NCBI GenBank assembly: GCA_040357565.1
Contig: JBDODJ010000003.1
Direction: 5' to 3' (one strand)
Source of the DNA: Cercozoa sp. M6MM
Taxonomy: Eukaryota > Protista > Endomyxa: Ascetosporea
DNA length: 64,000 bases
Every line of letters begins with the position of its first letter. Within the stretch, counting starts at the first letter, position 1. The position numbers and the translations under genes were made by a program. Positions 61,801 through 64,000 of the stretch are shown here, in pieces. Below the pieces are notes generated by a model that ran no database searches, had not been told where the DNA came from, and saw only the letters and a program-made list of their open reading frames with translations.

Positions 61801-64000
61801 AGCGAAACAAGCGAAGACAGAGGGAAATCGCTGTCGTCGCCTTCGCTGTCGCTGCAGCACGTGCGAATCGACTCGCGTCGCAGTGCGCAGACTCAAGTGG
61901 CCGTTGCTTTGACTGTGGCGACTGCCCGCGTACGCGTGCACGAGTCACTGCCGCATGTGGAGTTAGCACACGTCAACTCGCGTCTGCGCACGTGGTCGAG
62001 TGACCTGGCAGAGACGACAGGTGGCATGTGTGCACGTGTGAGTTCCCGATCAGTCGTACTGGGCGACGGTTCAGTGATCGGCGCGCGCGATGTGACGGTG
62101 TCGGCGGCACGTGCCAGTGAGTCGCATGGTGAACACGTGCCGGTCGAGTTGCAGAGTGCCAGCGACGCGTGGACACTCGACGCGCAGCTCGCGCATCTGC
62201 AGACGACGCTGAGCGACGCTTCGGTAGTTTACCCCCCCCCCCCCCCCCCCCCTTTCCCCCCCCCCCCCCCGCAGATGCAGCGCAAGTGGCTCGCGCCGAC
62301 GGCGCTGACGCTGCGAAACGAGAGTGACGGTTGCGTGCGCCTGGAGTGCAGGTCGGTCGATGATGTCGAGACGGTGACCAGTGTGACTGTGTCCGCGCGG
62401 AGCGAGGCGCAGGTGCCGCTGTCGTCGGCGCTGCTGTCGCTGCGACTGGCGGCGGCGACATCGCGCACGCCATGGTTTCGCTACGCACCCGGACAGATCG
62501 TGTGTTTCTCCAGTGGTCACACTGACTGTGACCCTGTCACTGACGGTGTGATTGATGGTGATCGCACTGATCTCACTGACGGTGAGAGTGATCACACTGA
62601 TCGCACCGACGGTGTGGCTGGCAGACTGGCCCGTGTGCTGCGCCAACTCGTGGCGCACACTGCCGGCGACGTGATGCGACTCGTGCCGCGCGTGCGCACG
62701 ACCGACTGCTCGCTGCGACAGGTTCTGCGCCACGTGGCGCCACGTGTTACTATCACCGACACTGACGGTGACCAGGTATCATCTAACCTGACTGGAGGGG
62801 CAGTGTGAGATGGGTCAACTACCTTGTGAGACGGTGTGGTATGCAGGAAGTGCTGTCGCACGTGATGGCGTCGCTGCGCTGGCCCTTTACAGCCACACCG
62901 TCGCCATTGATCGCTGAGTCATCAGTGACGGTGTGGCACGTGACTCGGCACACGTGTCTGCAGCTGCGCAACGAGCTGCCAGTGGCGGTGTGCGTGGCTG
63001 CGCGGACTGTCGCACCGGGCGACTCGATCGACTGGCTACACACTGCTGATCTTGATGATGCCACTGAGTGCGACGGTGCAACTGACGTTGTGACTGACGG
63101 TGTGTCATTGGTGATCAATGACAGCGTGACGCAGCTGCCGTCGCTGATGCGCGTGGCGACGCTGCCGATTGATGTTGTGTGTCTCACACTGCCGCTGCTG
63201 TCTATGCACACCGACGGTGCTACCGAGACTGATCGAGACGGTGATCAGGGTGATCATAATGGTGATCGCAACGGTGATCGGAGTGATCATAACGGTGTCA
63301 CTGGCACCGACACGTGCGTGTACCTGCGACTGCAGCGACAGGCAGCACTGGCGCGTCTGCAGGCGCCGCTGCTCGTGAGTGCCGACGACGCCTGCCGCTC
63401 CTGGCTCCGCACTGTCACGCTGCGCGACGTACCTTGGCCCTTTAACCATCCATACTGCACCCTTAACTATCCACACTGCACCCTTAACCATCTACACTGC
63501 CCCCTAACCATTCACACTGCCCTCTTGACCATGAGACACCGTAGTCGACGCCACTACCTCTGGTGGACGATATGTTGTGTCTGCTGCGACGACCAGACTG
63601 CGTGGTAGCCTTGTTCCTGACCCCTTACCCTACACCCCTTACCCCTACACCCTTACCCCAACGCAGCGGTTCGGAGACTTCCTGCTGGAGCTGCCTCATG
63701 TGGCCCATGTGGCCGAATCGACGCAGTGTCCCAGGACAGCCACATTAACTGAGGAGACTCCGGTCCTACAGCCCGTGCACGCTAGTCGGACGATTAGCAG
63801 CACCGGCGTCGTGCTGTGTACTGATCGGTACCGTCAGCACGTGCACTTGCGTGCTGCCGTGGTCTGTTGGAACGCCTTGGACGACGCAGTCGTTGTGCTC
63901 AACGAAAGTGTCGCCGTCACTCCGCTGTATCTGCCTGCTGTTTCACCCTTACCCCTTCCCTACCCCCTCTTCTACCCCCCTGGTGGCAGGTCCTCGGTGA
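55852..64000 (+). CDS. VPS13B: VPS13-family lipid-transfer protein, most like VPS13B; runs off the window end
   Basis: Chorein_N: LLQRYL…LRLSLWNG|EATLRNVLLR…LHVVLPWTALTSQSARLELHDV; LRKIAANLQVRLYNV; FAPSF…LARRVIDL; WHYSHPRAVT; beta-strand-rich exons. Confidence 0.8.
61655..61808 (+). repeat. Coding 21-bp tandem repeat (SEITSKQ)x~7 in VPS13B
   Basis: Degenerate units of gcgaaattacttcgaaacaaa. Confidence 0.9.
63438..63531 (+). repeat. Intronic ~21-bp tandem repeat (cccttaaccatccacactgca)x~4.5
   Basis: Visible degenerate repeat between a GTAC donor and a TAG acceptor. Confidence 0.8.

Noticed and set aside
61655-61808. Mobile insertion in VPS13B
   Set aside because: It is an in-frame tandem expansion without terminal repeats or target-site duplication.
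208-64000. Alternative genetic code or programmed frameshifts to explain the fragmented ORFs
   Set aside because: The breaks I traced resolve as GT-AG introns (one possible GC-AG), and TAA, TAG and TGA all act as terminal stops.

Overview
Gene-dense, intron-rich eukaryotic (protist-like) genomic DNA with three 100-N scaffold gaps. It uses the standard genetic code and short GT-AG introns (mostly about 50-120 nt, donors often GTAC), so the ORF track only gives exon fragments; gene models below were assembled by hand across introns and boundaries are approximate. About 22 protein genes: subtilisin-like protease, tRNA pseudouridine synthase (Pus3-like), TBCE, a secreted HExxH protein, an MFS sugar porter, glutathione synthetase, MCM10, TrmO, RNase T2, SART3/Prp24, cytosolic IleRS (plus a duplicated 3' fragment), an Smr protein, a degenerate CPBP-family membrane protein, USP40-like, an RGS protein, two tandem Cys-rich secreted paralogs, a longin-like protein, kinesin-14, a 3'-truncated VPS13B-like gene and a few hypotheticals. 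The most unusual signals lie outside the protein annotation: (1) a dispersed ~70-nt intergenic element in three copies that folds as a hairpin plus pseudoknot; (2) a large, frame-independent excess of CACGTG and related motifs in coding DNA that switches abruptly to a different k-mer 'dialect'; (3) telomere-like C-rich repeats filling introns almost always on the sense strand; (4) a U1-snRNA-like sequence; (5) a structured, oversized first intron in IleRS. No tRNA, rRNA, CRISPR or autonomous transposon was recognised, and the organism cannot be identified from this window.
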